A stretch of DNA of 64,000 nt from Octopus sinensis (GCF_006345805.1 NC_043000.1:114452001-114516000); one strand, 5' to 3'. Shown: positions 1 through 13,312, counted from the stretch's first letter. Notes: generated by a model from the letters alone, not told the origin. A program made the numbers and translations.

Positions 1-360
1 AGGACAGACAAAGGGATTAAGTCGATTATATCGACCCCAGTGCATAACTGGTACTTATTTAATCGACCCCGATAGGATGAAAGGCATAGTCGACCTCGGC
101 GGAATTTGAACTCAGAACGTATAGACAGACGAAATACCTATTTCTTGACAACCCACAAGGGGCTAAACACAGAGGGGACAGACAAACGGATTAAGTCGAT
201 TATATCGACCCCAGTGCATAACTGGTACTTAATTTATCGACCCCGTAAGGATGAAAGGCAAAGTCAACCTCGGTAGAATTTGAACTCAGAACGTAATGGC
301 AGACGAAATACGGCTAAGCATTTCGGCCGGCGTGCTAACGTTTCTGCCAGCTCGCCGCCT
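1..360 (-). mobile_element. SINE family A, tandem (core+tail duplicated) copy
   Basis: Minus strand has the tRNA-like head (ggcgagctggcagaa...gagttcaaattc B-box), the core gcctttcatcctttcggggtcgataaattaagtaccag and the tail ...agccccttgtggg; the core and tail occur twice. Confidence 0.9.
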
Positions 361-369
361 TTTAGTCTT

Positions 370-498
370 TTCTACTTTAGGCACAAGGCCCGAAACTTTT
401 GGGGAAGGAGCCAGTTGACTAGATCGACCCCAGTACGCAACTGGTACTTAATTTATCGACCCCGAAAGAATGAAAGGCAAAGTCGACCTCGGCGGAAT
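370..498 (-). mobile_element. SINE family A, 5'-truncated, short-tail variant
   Basis: Same core followed by the alternative tail ...gggccttgtgcctaaagtaga. Confidence 0.8.
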
Positions 499-1316
499 AG
501 GCTCAACAAATAATGAAAACGAAACAAACGAAAAGCTGGCAATTTCTGTATATGGTGACATGAAAAGAACCAATAATGAGATTCCGTGAAGAATAATGAG
601 GTAAAAAAAAACAAACAAAAAACGCCGAGAAATATTGTCCGGAACGTCAGATCTCTTCCTACAGTACATAGTCTTATCTTATTTAACGGACGAACTGGTT
701 TCCGTCGACGCAGGCCTTAACAGACTCTGTTTTTTCTCGCCCTGTGAATCCGATACTGCTTCGTTCGACAACAGCCCACGGTAGTCAATGTTAAGGGATA
801 TTTTGTGAGTTAGCTGGTGGTCCGGGTCTGTCTGTATGATAATGTTCAACTCAGCCACACTGGATACGTCTACCGGTTTATCACACACGAGCAGACGAGA
901 GAGTTACACAACAAATGCTGGTTTGCTTACATATCAACAGAAATATCATATTAATATATACAGCATGATTAAACACACGTGCTTATAATTTAATTCTATA
1001 TGAATTACACACACACACACACACACGCGCGCGCACACACACGCACAGACTTAGCGTAAAAGAACTAATAAGGTGTTAATGTCGGCGTGTAACGTAGCCG
1101 CGATAATCTTTTCATTCAGTTAATTTAGACGATATTATTTTTATCCTTCAAGATTTTATAACTGATATTATCTGCGTCAGTGAATTCTAAAGTACAGACG
1201 ACTTAATCAAACACACACGTACAATACATACATACATACATACATACATACATACATACATACATACGTACATACATACATGCATACATACATACATACA
1301 TTCATACATACATACA

Positions 1317-1344
<28 letters not shown>

Positions 1345-1347
<3 letters not shown>

Positions 1348-1620
1348 GTGTGTATGTCCCTACCTTTGAAACGCGGAGTAGATAAAACAGGGGACAACTG
1401 ATGAAGGGAATGTTCTTTATGTTGCCTGTCTCCTTTCTCTGTTTGTTTCTTTCGTTGTGCAAAAAAATGTTCGTTTTCTATGTTTTTGTTTTTTATGTTC
1501 TCGTTTCTCATTTGTCTACGTTTTTTTGATGTCCTGTACCCATATATGCAGGTATATACATATATATATGTAGGTATGTACATATATTTATGTATATATG
1601 CATATATGCATATATATGTA
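1345..1620 (+). mobile_element. Penelope-associated repeat fragment (family P1) ending in a microsatellite
   Basis: Similar to 5255-5570, 35140-35580, 48310-48490 and 63600-64000; carries the GAAA...CTGATGA motif. Confidence 0.6.
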
Positions 1621-1630
1621 TATATGTATG

Positions 1631-1677
<47 letters not shown>

Positions 1678-1710
1678 ATATATATATATATATAATATTC
1701 TTTTATTATT

Positions 1711-1895
1711 TCACTTGTTTCGGTCATTTGACTGCGGCCATGCTGGAGCGCCGCCTTTAGTCGAACAAATCGACCCCCCAGGACTTATTCCTTGTAAGTC
1801 TAGTAATTATTCTATCGGTTTCTTTTGCCGAACCGATAAGTTACGGGGACGTAAACACACCAACATCGGTTGTCAAGCGATGGTGGGATGATAAG
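1711..1895 (-). mobile_element. SINE family C, 3' half
   Basis: Matches the 3' half of the full copy at 4138-4555 (ggcggtgctccagcatggccgcagtcaaatgac tail). Confidence 0.85.
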
Positions 1896-1927
1896 CACAC
1901 ACACACACGCACTCTCACACACACACA

Positions 1928-1958
<31 letters not shown>

Positions 1959-2201
1959 CACCACACACACACACACACAACTTCAATGTCTGCGATGCAG
2001 GACATTGCAGATCGAGCAACAAAACATTGACATCTAATACCTACTGATGGTACCATTTACTACCATTATTCTACCTCCCCGCTCCCGCCCTAAGTCCTTC
2101 ATATTTTAGGCCTTTCATTTCATAATCCCATTTACCAGTATTGTTAAAGGCAGCCAAAATTTTTCCCTAACACAATACATCTCACTTCTTGCAAGTATCC
2201 T

Positions 2202-2386
2202 TTTCTACGATAGGCACAAGATCTGAAATTTTGGGGGAGGGGTACTAGTCGATGACATCAACCCCAGTACAAAGGAAGAAAGGCAAATGCGACCTCGGCG
2301 GAATTTGAACTCAGAACGTAAAGACGGACGAAATGCCGCTAAGCATTTTGCCCGTGGTGCTAACGATTCTGCCAGCTCACTGCCTT
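2202..2386 (-). mobile_element. SINE family A, short-tail variant
   Basis: Head, B-box, partial core and short tail recognisable. Confidence 0.8.
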
Positions 2387-2703
2387 ACACTTCTTGTAAA
2401 GTATGGCAAGAGGCGAAACTACTTTCGTTGGAACCTTCGAGCATACTTTCCCATTCTCTCCAGTCTTGATGGGGTATTTTGTGTACTTGGAGTGACTGTA
2501 CGATCCTCGGTAAAACGCCATAACCAGGTTGTCAATAATAGGTAAGCCCTACTTCAACCTGCGCTCAATTCTAGTACTCCACTATTTAAAGGGACAATGC
2601 AGTTGTTGCCATGGATTCTATATTACCTGACCCTTGATTATTTAGGGTATCTTCTTTCGTAGTTTAGAAAGGAAAAACTGCTTTTGTTGCAACAGTATTC
2701 AGT

Positions 2704-3090
2704 TGGCAGAAGCGTTAGCACGTCGGACGAAATGCGCAGCCGTATTTCGTGTGCCGTTACGTTCTGAGTTCAAATTCCGCCGAGGTCGACTTTGCCTTTC
2801 ATCCTTTCGGGGTCGATTAAATAAGTACCAGTTACGCACTGGGGTCGATATAATCGACTTACTCCGTTTGTCTGTCCTTGTTTGTCCCCTCTGTGTTTAG
2901 CCCCTTGTGGGTAGTAAAGAAATAGGTATTTCGTTTGTCTTTATGTTCTGAGTTCAAATTCCGCCGAGTTCGACTATGCATTTCATCCTTTCGGGGTCGA
3001 TAAAATAACTACCACTTGCATACGGGGGTCGATCACATCGACTGCCCCTCTCCCCAATATTTCGGGCCTTGTGCCTAGAGTAGAAAAAAA
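2704..3090 (+). mobile_element. SINE family A dimer carrying both tail types
   Basis: Long tail ends ~2925, then B-box and core repeat, followed by the short tail ending gtgcctagagtagaaaa. Confidence 0.85.
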
Positions 3091-3133
3091 GTATTATTAT
3101 TGTTGTTTACCAGCTGTTGTGATTGTGCTGTTC

Positions 3134-3193
<60 letters not shown>

Positions 3194-3395
3194 CACAATT
3201 CTTGTCCTATTGTTTTAAGGAAATTTAAAAAAATGACACTGCAGCATTTTAAGTTTAGTTGAGCAATTGGCATGGCTGGAATAACATAGTCGAATTTGCT
3301 AGATGTGTTTAATATGGACACACACACACACACACACATACACGCATAAATATACACACATACACACACATATCTCTATACGTATATGTGTAAAA

Positions 3396-3726
3396 AGGGT
3401 AAAGACCCCCTTCGGTCATGAATGACCATGGGATTGCACCTAGAAAGTTCCACTCCGAGGCACAAGTCCGGAAGACCAGCAGTTGCCCATGCATACCAGC
3501 CTCTCCTCTCCACGTGACTGATGTTATCCAAGGGAAAGGCAAAGGGGCGATACAGCTTGGCACCAGTGACATCGGAACCCATTTCTACAGCTGAGTCAAC
3601 TGGAGCAACATGAAATAAAGTGTCTTTGCTCAAGAACACAACACACAGCCCGGTCCGGGAATCGAACTCACTACCTCATGATTATAAACCCGACGCTCTA
3701 ATCACTGAGCCAGAGCCATGCGCCTT
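3396..3726 (-). mobile_element. SINE family B
   Basis: tRNA-like head (ggcgcatggctc...gttcgattcc) and ttgagcaagacacttta...ctccagttgactcagctg core; similar to 54820-55153. Confidence 0.85.
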
Positions 3727-4050
3727 CACATGTGTAAGTCTACGCATATGTGTGACTCTATACAAATATACATTGCTGCATATACATAAACAAACGAATA
3801 CCCTTTAAAAACATGAGTTCTATTTACATTAAGGGCCGACAGTGAATGGAATAAATTGCGGTTCGTGGAATGTGTAACGGGTGTTTAAGTTACCCTGATT
3901 CTGTCGTGCGACGAACCCCCTACTTCCTTCCGTTTCTTTACTCCCCTTCACTTGACAGGACGATATGCACATGCACAGTTAATTGCGTATGGTTTTTGTG
4001 TTAGGCACCATAAATATGTCTGGGCATATATATATATATTATACATATAT

Positions 4051-4095
<45 letters not shown>

Positions 4096-4137
4096 TATAT
4101 ATATTATAATATATATATATACTTTCAGTTATATATA

Positions 4138-4555
4138 TACTCTTTTTACTCTTTTTACTCTTTTACTTGTTTCAGTCATTTGACTGCGGCCATGCTGGAG
4201 CACCGCCTTTAATCGAGCAACTCGACCCCGGGACTTATTCTTTTGTAAGCCCAGTACTTATTCTATCGGTCTCTTTTGCCGAACCGCTAAGTGACGGGGA
4301 CATAAACACACCAGCTTCGGTTGTCAAGCAATGCTAGGGGGACAAACACAGACACACAAACATACACGCACATATATATATGTGTGTGTGTGTGTATACG
4401 ACAGGCTTCTTTCACTTTCCGTCTACCAAATCCACTCACAAGGCTTTGGTCGGCCCGAGGCTATAGTAGAAGACACTTGCCCAAGGTGCCACGCAGTGGG
4501 ACTGAACCCGGAACCATGTGGTTGGTAAACAAGCTACTTACCACACAGCCACTCC
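4138..4555 (-). mobile_element. SINE family C, full length with internal microsatellite
   Basis: Head gagtggctgtgtggtaag...ggttcagtccc, internal (CA/TA)n, tail followed by (agtaaaaag)n. Confidence 0.9.
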
Positions 4556-4619
4556 TATATATATGTATGTATGTATGTATATAGGGTGGTAAATAATTTG
4601 GTGGGGAAACACAACATAA

Positions 4620-4697
4620 TTAAAGTAAAGAACCGGTTTCGCATCGCTCGTCTGTTTCTTAGCTTGATGAGCAATGCGAAACCGGTTCTTGCTTTAA
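4620..4697. repeat. Short inverted repeat (~30-bp arms) containing a degenerate hammerhead remnant
   Basis: Arms 4620-4649 and 4669-4697; the right side reads ttgatga-gc aat gc-gaaa-ccgg-tt. Confidence 0.6.
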
Positions 4698-4797
4698 ATT
4701 CGTTGAAAGAACAAAATTGTTTATCTTTATTATTGTGGCTCCAATATACTTCTTAATCCTGTAAAACAAATCTTCTGTGTTTTTTTTCCATCTTCTC

Positions 4798-4829
<32 letters not shown>

Positions 4830-4986
4830 ACTGTATATATATATATATATTGATAAAAATGGTAAGACAACAAAACAATGAAAGAGACCTCGATATTATG
4901 TAAATAGAGGAATTTAGCTGTACACATACTCATATATTTGTGTGTGCTTATGTATTTGTATGTATGTATGTATGTATGTATGTATG

Positions 4987-5020
<34 letters not shown>

Positions 5021-5194
5021 TATACGTATGTACATGTATGTGTGTACATATGTATATGCGTGTCCATGGAACATAATTACCGCTTATTTTTACTGAACCC
5101 TCATTTGTCGTTCACGACGAGAGAATCCAGTATATATCTATATATATATGCATGCATACATACATACATACATACATACATACATACATACACA

Positions 5195-5254
<60 letters not shown>

Positions 5255-5261
<7 letters not shown>

Positions 5262-5519
5262 CCTTCGAAACGTGGAGTAGTTGAAACAGGGACAACTGAA
5301 GAAGGGGAATATTCTTTATGTTGTATGTCTCGTTTCTCTGTTTTTTCGTTGTCCGAAAAAAAAAAAACGTTCGTTTCTATGTTTTTGTTTTTATGTTTTC
5401 GTTTCTCATTGTGTCAAGGTTTTTTTTTTTTTGATGTCCTGTACTCATATATGCATGTATATATACATATAGATGTAGGTATGTACATATATGTATGTAT
5501 ATATGCATATATTTTTATA

Positions 5520-5559
<40 letters not shown>

Positions 5560-5570
5560 GTAATATATGT
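5255..5570 (+). mobile_element. Penelope-associated repeat fragment (family P1)
   Basis: Similar to 1345-1620. Confidence 0.6.
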
Positions 5571-6404
5571 ATATATATGTATATATACATACATACATAC
5601 ATACATACATATATTTACATGAATTGGTGTACATTCGTGTATGTAATGTATTCATTTCCATGTGGCTGCACCTCCATTATATGTTAAGGTACGTATGTGT
5701 GTGTGTGTGTATGGTGAATGAGAGGGAAGAAAGTAAGAGAGAAAGAGAGAGGAAGAGAGAGAGAGAGAGAGAGAATCTAATTGTTTCATCTGCTCATTAT
5801 TTCATGAAGCCGTCAGCAGCAGCAGTTACGCACACTGCGTCACAGCCTGCGTCATGTCACAACACCGCAGATGATTTGTGACTCACGTTGGCTATTTTTT
5901 TCCGTTACACCACAACACTACCCCACCCACTTCTTATATCCCCATCCTCCAACAGTCACCACCCCACACCTTTATCATTATCTAAGGCGGCTATCTGGTA
6001 GAATCGTCAGCGGATCGGACAAAATGCTTATCGGCGTTTCTTCCGGCTTTTAAAGTTCTGGATGGGTTCAAGTTTCATCGAGGTCGACTTTGCCTTTTAT
6101 TATTTTGGGGTCAATAAAAAAAAAAGTCGTACTTGTTCTGGCTCTGCGTTCTCGAGTTCAAATCACGCCGTGGTGTCAAGAAGTGTATAAGTTAATCCAC
6201 CGCCTGGATTAACACCGCCAATTAATATCTTGGGTTCTTTTAAACGGAGTCTACCCTTGAACAAGCATTCAGACCAGATCTCCAAGAAGGATACCCCTTC
6301 TTCTCCACCCCTCTCTCCCATCCTTCTGCTCCCCCACCGCTCTCCTCCCCCTTACCATTAGTTTCGAAGTTCCTATCAAATGTCATATCCACTGCTCCTT
6401 TCTT

Positions 6405-6733
6405 CGGTCTTAGATAACAAAATCACGTGATCGCTTGATCAACTAGACTGTTGAATGTTGTGATACATTGCTGGCCACAATGCGCTTCGCATCGTTTTTA
6501 GCTTTCGAATGATGCCACCCTTCTGACTGGGCGGAGCAAGCCAACAACTCACCCCGCCCCCCGAACGGAAGGCTACTTCGTCTCAGGGTCACCCACTTAC
6601 AGCTGAGGAGACAAGAACAGCGTAAAATGAAGGGTTTCGCTCAAGAATACAACGCGCAGCTGGTCTGGAAATCGAAACCACGATGTTATGATTGTGAAAG
6701 CAACACCCCTAACCACTCGGCCACGCACCTTCG
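6405..6733 (-). mobile_element. SINE family B-related copy
   Basis: Minus-strand head gaaggtgcgtggccgagtggttagg...gtttcgatttcc and ttgagcgaaacccttcatttt core. Confidence 0.7.
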
Positions 6734-6734
6734 C

Positions 6735-7111
6735 ATTATGGCTGCCCCCTCGTTATCGAATATGGCCATTGCACGAAGCTTAACTGTTACTGGTGCTGTG
6801 ATCGAAATGTGACTTTTTAGCCCAGCTAAAGATCTACAATGTCTTGTACAGAATTGGCAACTAAAACCTACTGGTAATAGCCGGCTGTAGTTGTAACTGG
6901 GCTTCATGTACCTTTGCATGTCGTTTAAGTCCTCCTGCCGAATTACACTCTCTTCCACATGCCCGACAGATATGATTAGTATGGTGTGTTACACCACCAC
7001 CAATGGCCAGGTCGTCACTCATCGGTCTCGCTTTATGACTACCAAGATGACTTTTGAATCCAGCTTTACTGAGTCAGGGTCTTGCACAGACATTGCATGT
7101 CAGCACCTTCG
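6735..7111 (-). mobile_element. RTE-type LINE 3' end with three C2H2-like zinc-finger motifs (decayed)
   Basis: Manual translation gives CNVCARP*LSKAGFKSHLGSH, CRACGRECNSAGGLKRHAKVH and, after a frameshift, CQFCTRHCRSLAGLKSH; 3' end atggccatattcgataacgagggggcagccat resembles RTE tails. Confidence 0.7.
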
Positions 7112-7209
7112 CATACATACTTATATATACACTCATAAATTCTCAGCCATACACTTACACCCGCACACACAAATTCAAGCTCGTAGTATTTCACACACAC
7201 ACACACACA

Positions 7210-7268
<59 letters not shown>

Positions 7269-7299
7269 AAATTCATTGACGTGCATATAATTTCTTACT

Positions 7300-7466
7300 C
7301 TTACTCTCTTTTACTCTTTTACTTGTTTCAGTCATTTTGACTGTGGCCATGCTTATTCTTTGTAAGCCTAGTACTTATTCTATCGGTCTCATTTTGCCGA
7401 ACCGCCAAGTTACGGGGACGTAAACACACCAGCATCGGTTGTCAAGCGATGCTGGGGGGACAAACA

Positions 7467-7518
<52 letters not shown>

Positions 7519-7680
7519 CATATATGGGCTTCTTTCAGTTTCCGTCTACCAAATCCACTCCCATGGCTTTGGTCGGCCCGAGGCTATAGAAGAAGACACT
7601 TGCCCATGGTGCCACGCAATGGGACTGAACCCAGAATCATGTGGTTGAGAAGCAAGCTACTTACCACACAGCCACTCCTT
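7300..7680 (-). mobile_element. SINE family C, full length
   Basis: Matches 4138-4555. Confidence 0.9.
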
Positions 7681-8097
7681 ATATAAATTCAGCTTATATA
7701 AATTCACACACACAAACCCATACATCCACCAAACTCACATAAGTTCACGCACTCATACACACAAACAGTTTTCACTAAGCAGATTTACACTATTTCACAC
7801 ACACACACACACACCACACACACACACCACCACACACACACACACTAATATACACGCGTGCGCGCACACATTTTGCAGTCACTCTCCGCCCGCAGTCTTT
7901 TAAAAGAAGCACCAAAGAATCAAAGTGTTGCTTTAATCTTGGAATCGAAATCCCGCAGAGGTTTATGGGATTGCTTAAGCTCAAATTTCCCTTTTGATAA
8001 ATATACAAGATATCAAGGCCAGACGTAGGATGGTGTAATGTATACACACATATATACATCTGTACCTATCTACCCACTTACATACACACGCACACAC

Positions 8098-8131
<34 letters not shown>

Positions 8132-8941
8132 ATATATATGTATGTATATATATATATATATATTTACACACACATATGTACAGTTACATACATGTATACG
8201 TACATACACACACATGCGTATTAGAATGGGATCAATATTCTACTGAGTTTAAGGCGGTGAGCTGGCAGAATCGTTAGCAAGTCAGGTACAATGCTCCGCG
8301 ATTTTCGTTCGTCTGCGCGTTCTAAGTTCAAATTCAACCAAGATCAACTTTGTTTTTTTATCCTCCTGGGGTCGAAAAATTAAGTACCAGTTGAGTACTG
8401 GGTCGATTTAATCGACTTACTCCAATCTCTGAAATTGCTGGCCTTGGGCCAAAATTTGAAACCAACATTCTAATGAATTTGAATTCGCTAAAATGCATTA
8501 GTTATATCAGAATGTCGCTAAGTCACCCACTCTACCATTTTAGAGATCACAGCATCACTGCAACCACTAACACAGTTCTGCAGCCACTAGCATTCTCCTA
8601 CAGTCATCACTACAGCACTAGTATCACAGTCATACCACTCCACCTAGTCTTACACCAAAAGAATGAATTCTCTTCATAACTTACCGATGTCGTTAGAAAC
8701 GAACTCAAGCACCTCTGCGATTCCTTTTAACTCACAGATTATAAATTGGAAATCTCATCATACATTATCCAGTCTGCAGTTCGTCAGTGCCAAATTCGTC
8801 ACTGTCATTTTACTCTGTCAATTCTACAGTAGTGAATTCACCATTTCGCTGCTATAGATACCATCATGGCACTAGATTCTTTCCTGTACCACTACAACGA
8901 CCGTCACAACACTATACTCATCACTGTGACACTTCATATTT

Positions 8942-9320
8942 CTTTATTGCCCACAAGGGGATAAACATAGAGGAGACAAACAAGGACAGACTAACGGATT
9001 AAGTCGATTACATCGACCCCAGTGCGTAACTGGTTCTTAATTTATCGACCCCGAAAGGATGAAAGGCAAAGTCGACCTCGGCGAAATTTGAACTCAGAAC
9101 GTAACGGCAGACGAAATACCTATTTCTTTACAACCCACAAGGGGCTAAACGCAGAGGGGACAAACAAGGACAGACAAACGGATCAAGTCAATTATATCGA
9201 CCACAAGGATGAAAGACAAAGTCGACCTCGGCGGAATTTGAACTCAGAACATAACGGCAGACGAAATACCGCTAAGCATTTCGCCCGGCGCGCTAACGTT
9301 TCTGCCAGCTCGCCGCCTTT
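8942..9320 (-). mobile_element. SINE family A tandem copy
   Basis: Head at 9320; core and tail duplicated with an internal deletion. Confidence 0.9.
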
Positions 9321-9534
9321 ATCAGTGTATAATACTGAGTACCAGAATGTTCGATTAACTGAGTTCGTCAATGCAATTAGTAGTCCAATCTTTAAATAAT
9401 GAGAACCAGTAGTTTGATTCGAGTAGAATGAACTCTAACTCCATTAAAGGTACTCATTGACCATATTGTGGTAATATGTTATGGACTCAGAGTATGGCTT
9501 CATGATTATCTTCACGTAAAAGAAACAATTAATT

Positions 9535-9660
9535 TATTGACCCCGAAAGGATGAAAGGCAAAGTCGACCTCGGCTGAATTTGAACTCAGAACGTAACGGC
9601 AGACGAAATACGGCTACGCATTTCGCCCGGCGTGCTAACGATTTTGCCAGCTCGCCGCCT
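9535..9660 (-). mobile_element. SINE family A 5' part
   Basis: Head, B-box and half of the core. Confidence 0.85.
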
Positions 9661-9802
9661 TGACACTTCTAACACTAAATTTACCTCTGTGCTACTCAAG
9701 GAACAACCACAATATAAAATTCTTTATTTGGCGTTACCAAGAACCATCACAACACCGCATTCCATACTGTGCCACAGTAAAGACCATCGAAAGATTACAG
9801 TT

Positions 9803-10780
9803 ATAACCAGCGCTGGTTTAACCATTAAGTAAAATAAGCAGGAGCTTAGGACACCAGAGGAAGGGAGGAGTACCACGGAAATGGTAAATGGCTGGCAGCA
9901 CAAATGAAATCGCTTTGAACCTGCTAAAATAATACTCGATGTGGTTTATATAATCGGAAATATAATTTTGAGGTATTCATGGTGTCATAGTGAGGATCTA
10001 ATCAAAGGCTTCGGAATTTAAAAAAAAGAGAAAACTTTCCAAATATAAATATTATGGAAATATACAAAAATAAACATTATAATGGAATAATTACTATGAA
10101 GCATTGTGTAGAATATATTGTATAAAGGATCGTGGGTAAGACCAAAACAATGCGAAGTAAGTGGAGGCGCGTGGTATATTGGTTAGGGTGTCAGCATCAT
10201 TATCGTAAGATTGTGGTTTCGATTCCTGGACCGGGCGACGCGTTGTGTTCTTGAGCAAAACACTTCATTTCACGTTGCTCCAGTCCATTCAGCTGGCAAA
10301 AATGAGTAACGCTGCGATGGACTGGCGTCCCGTCCATAGAAACCGGGAAACCGGGCCCATGAGCCTGGCTAGGCTTGAAAAGGGCGCATAAATACATAAT
10401 AAATCACAAGAAAACAAATATATGAATTTATGTAGACTTGCCTAGTATTCAATACTTCGGGGTTATGATCCCATATTCAAGAAAATAAACGAATGTGGCC
10501 GATGTGCGTGTGTGGAGTGGACATGCGCGAAAAGATGTTACTATAGCAACCAGCCAGCTTCCTGTAACTCTCTTCTGTTGTTGATCTTAGGTTTCTTTTG
10601 GTGTGTGAAGATGGTTTCAAAATAAACATTGTTTTCCATCTTGCTGTTAGTTTAGATTCATTTTGAAAATTAAAATTTATTTTATGGTTTATTATTGTTT
10701 ACATTTTGAATTACATAAATATGGGGGCAGCAAAATCTTTTAAGTGTTTAGGGCCTCTGTGGTTCTTAATCCAGTCTTGG
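9803..10780. mobile_element. Non-autonomous DNA element (hAT-like MITE) with a nested SINE
   Basis: 9803-10060 and 10665-10700 match 38465-38830; ends ccagcgctggtttaac and ttaatccagtcttgg are imperfect inverted repeats. Confidence 0.5.
10162..10392 (+). mobile_element. SINE family B-related copy
   Basis: ggaggcgcgtgg...ggtttcgattcc head and ttcttgagcaaaacacttcatttcacgttgctccag core. Confidence 0.8.
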
Positions 10781-11300
10781 TCATAACATTTATTAATTTA
10801 CATTTTCCTAAGGATTTTTATAATATCTATAGTAATCTAGATGGTCAAGGTGTAGTTGTTTAGCCAAGAGTCAACCTCGATTAAACCTTTCCAACCTCGA
10901 CCATTCCGTCTTATTTTCAGACACAGCACCTAGTACTATTATTCAAAATGTGTCCTTCCATTTTTAAAATTACAAAGTACTATTTGAGAGTGGAATTCAG
11001 TTGCTATTTCTTGCATGATCATTTGACCATGGCAGAACCACGTGGAGTTTCTGGCATGATCATAACTCCAACAACAACGGGGTCTCCACGCTCTTATTCG
11101 ACATGCTTTAAAAAAAGTGAAATATCGCTCAAATTCCATCCTACTTACTTAAGAAAAGGACATGAGGTATGGTCCTAGATTCCTCTAATAAGACGGGATG
11201 GTCATGGTTGAACTGTTTTTGATTAGAGGTGTACGAGATTAAGATTGATGTGGGTACAAACAACAGTAGCAACAATAAAAAGAATACCAGCTGTAAGAAC

Positions 11301-11302
<2 letters not shown>

Positions 11303-11331
<29 letters not shown>

Positions 11332-11393
11332 TGTATGTATGCGTGTATGTATGTATATATGTGTATGTGTGTATGTATGCATGCATCTATCTA

Positions 11394-11466
<73 letters not shown>

Positions 11467-11532
11467 GTCTATCTGTATGTCTGTCTGTCTGCTTGCCTCT
11501 GTCTGTCAATCTATTTGTATGTCTGTCTGTCA

Positions 11533-11576
<44 letters not shown>

Positions 11577-11775
11577 ATATATATATATATGCATATGCAT
11601 ATATATACGTGTATATGCATATATATATGTATATGTATATTTTTACATATATATATATATATGTACATATATATACATACATACATATATATATATGTAT
11701 ATATATATGTATATATATGTATATATATATACATATATATACATATGTATATATACAATATATATATATATATAT

Positions 11776-11820
<45 letters not shown>

Positions 11821-11865
11821 GTATACATATACATACATGCATATATGTATATATATATATATATA

Positions 11866-11906
<41 letters not shown>

Positions 11907-12104
11907 ATATATATATATACACAATTCCTCTTCTGATTATTCTATTAAAGCAAAAATAGCATCAAGTATCTATATAACGTTTTCTGAGAGGAAAATCTCA
12001 ATTGGGATAAACACACACACACACACACATGTAATTCTGGGGGAAACAAGAAGAAGAAGAAGAAGAAGAAGAAGAACAACAACAACAACAACAACAACAA
12101 CAGC

Positions 12105-12163
<59 letters not shown>

Positions 12164-12210
12164 TAATAATAATAACAATAACAACAATAGCAGCAACGAT
12201 AAACAAAGAA
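11303..12210. repeat. Compound microsatellite (TATG, TCTA, TCTG, TA, CA, AAG, AAC, AAT)
   Basis: Directly visible; source of many spurious ORFs. Confidence 0.95.
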
Positions 12211-13312
12211 CAATAACAAAAATACAGACAACTTAAAAAACAAAACAACGAAAGCAAACTAAATATAAAACAAAAACAAAAATAATCATCGCAGAAATAA
12301 AGGTTCCCTCACCAAAATAACAGTGTGCGAGCGCCCTCCTCTTTCTGACATAATCACTTTTACGCTATTGTGCCTTTTAGTCGCCATCTTTGATTTACTT
12401 ATTCCCATATGTTCCTCTGCTTGTCAAGTAAAAATAGACAGATGTACAATTGGAATTTCTAGATTACAAAAAAACCCCTTAGAATAATGATATTCTACAT
12501 CACATATCAGATGTACAAGGATAGGTGAATGGTGTTGGGTATTCTTAGCATTGTACTCCTTCTCAAGGGCATATGCGAACGTTATTAACATAGGGGGAGC
12601 TGCTGTCGTCGTCGTCGCCGTTGTCTTAGTTGTTAGTCTTAGATCAGCTCTAAACAACCAGATCTATAATCAAAAATATCCCAGCCAAGCACTTCCGTAT
12701 TTCTTGTCAGTCATTGCATATCTAAGACCACCTTATCCGATATGTCCTTTTTGAGACGTACAGTTTGATCTGAGAGAGATTTGGCTGTTATTCCTAGCAG
12801 GACAAGTGGTCACATAGAGGATCTCTCCTCCATTGACGTCAATTAAACATCTGTTATGTGATGTTGTAGTCTTCATCCATTACAATCGGTAGCATACTTA
12901 ATAAGGGAGCAAGGGGAGTGACCACTCTCTCCAAACACATTTTTCAAAACTGACCCTTTTTCAACAATTTTTTTCTGACTCTTTAGTTTACTTGTGCGAT
13001 AAAAGTCAAATTTCTTTTCTTTGTTAACCATATGTCCTTGGAAAAACTTTCTGGGGTTTTACTTTATTTGATCAACATCCCATGTTTTTGGATTGTCCCC
13101 TCAATCTCCTGTGATGTGTTGGTGGCCGCTGACATCTGAAGAACCGAAACAAACCCTGACGTCATAACCTCCCGACACTGGATGATCTTGTGGAGTTTCA
13201 TCTTTTTCATGTCACACCTACATATAAGTAGTTGGAAGTTTCATACATAATGACATTGATACTGGAACACGAAATTAATGAATGCAGAATGCAATTACAT
13301 ATATTATAACAC

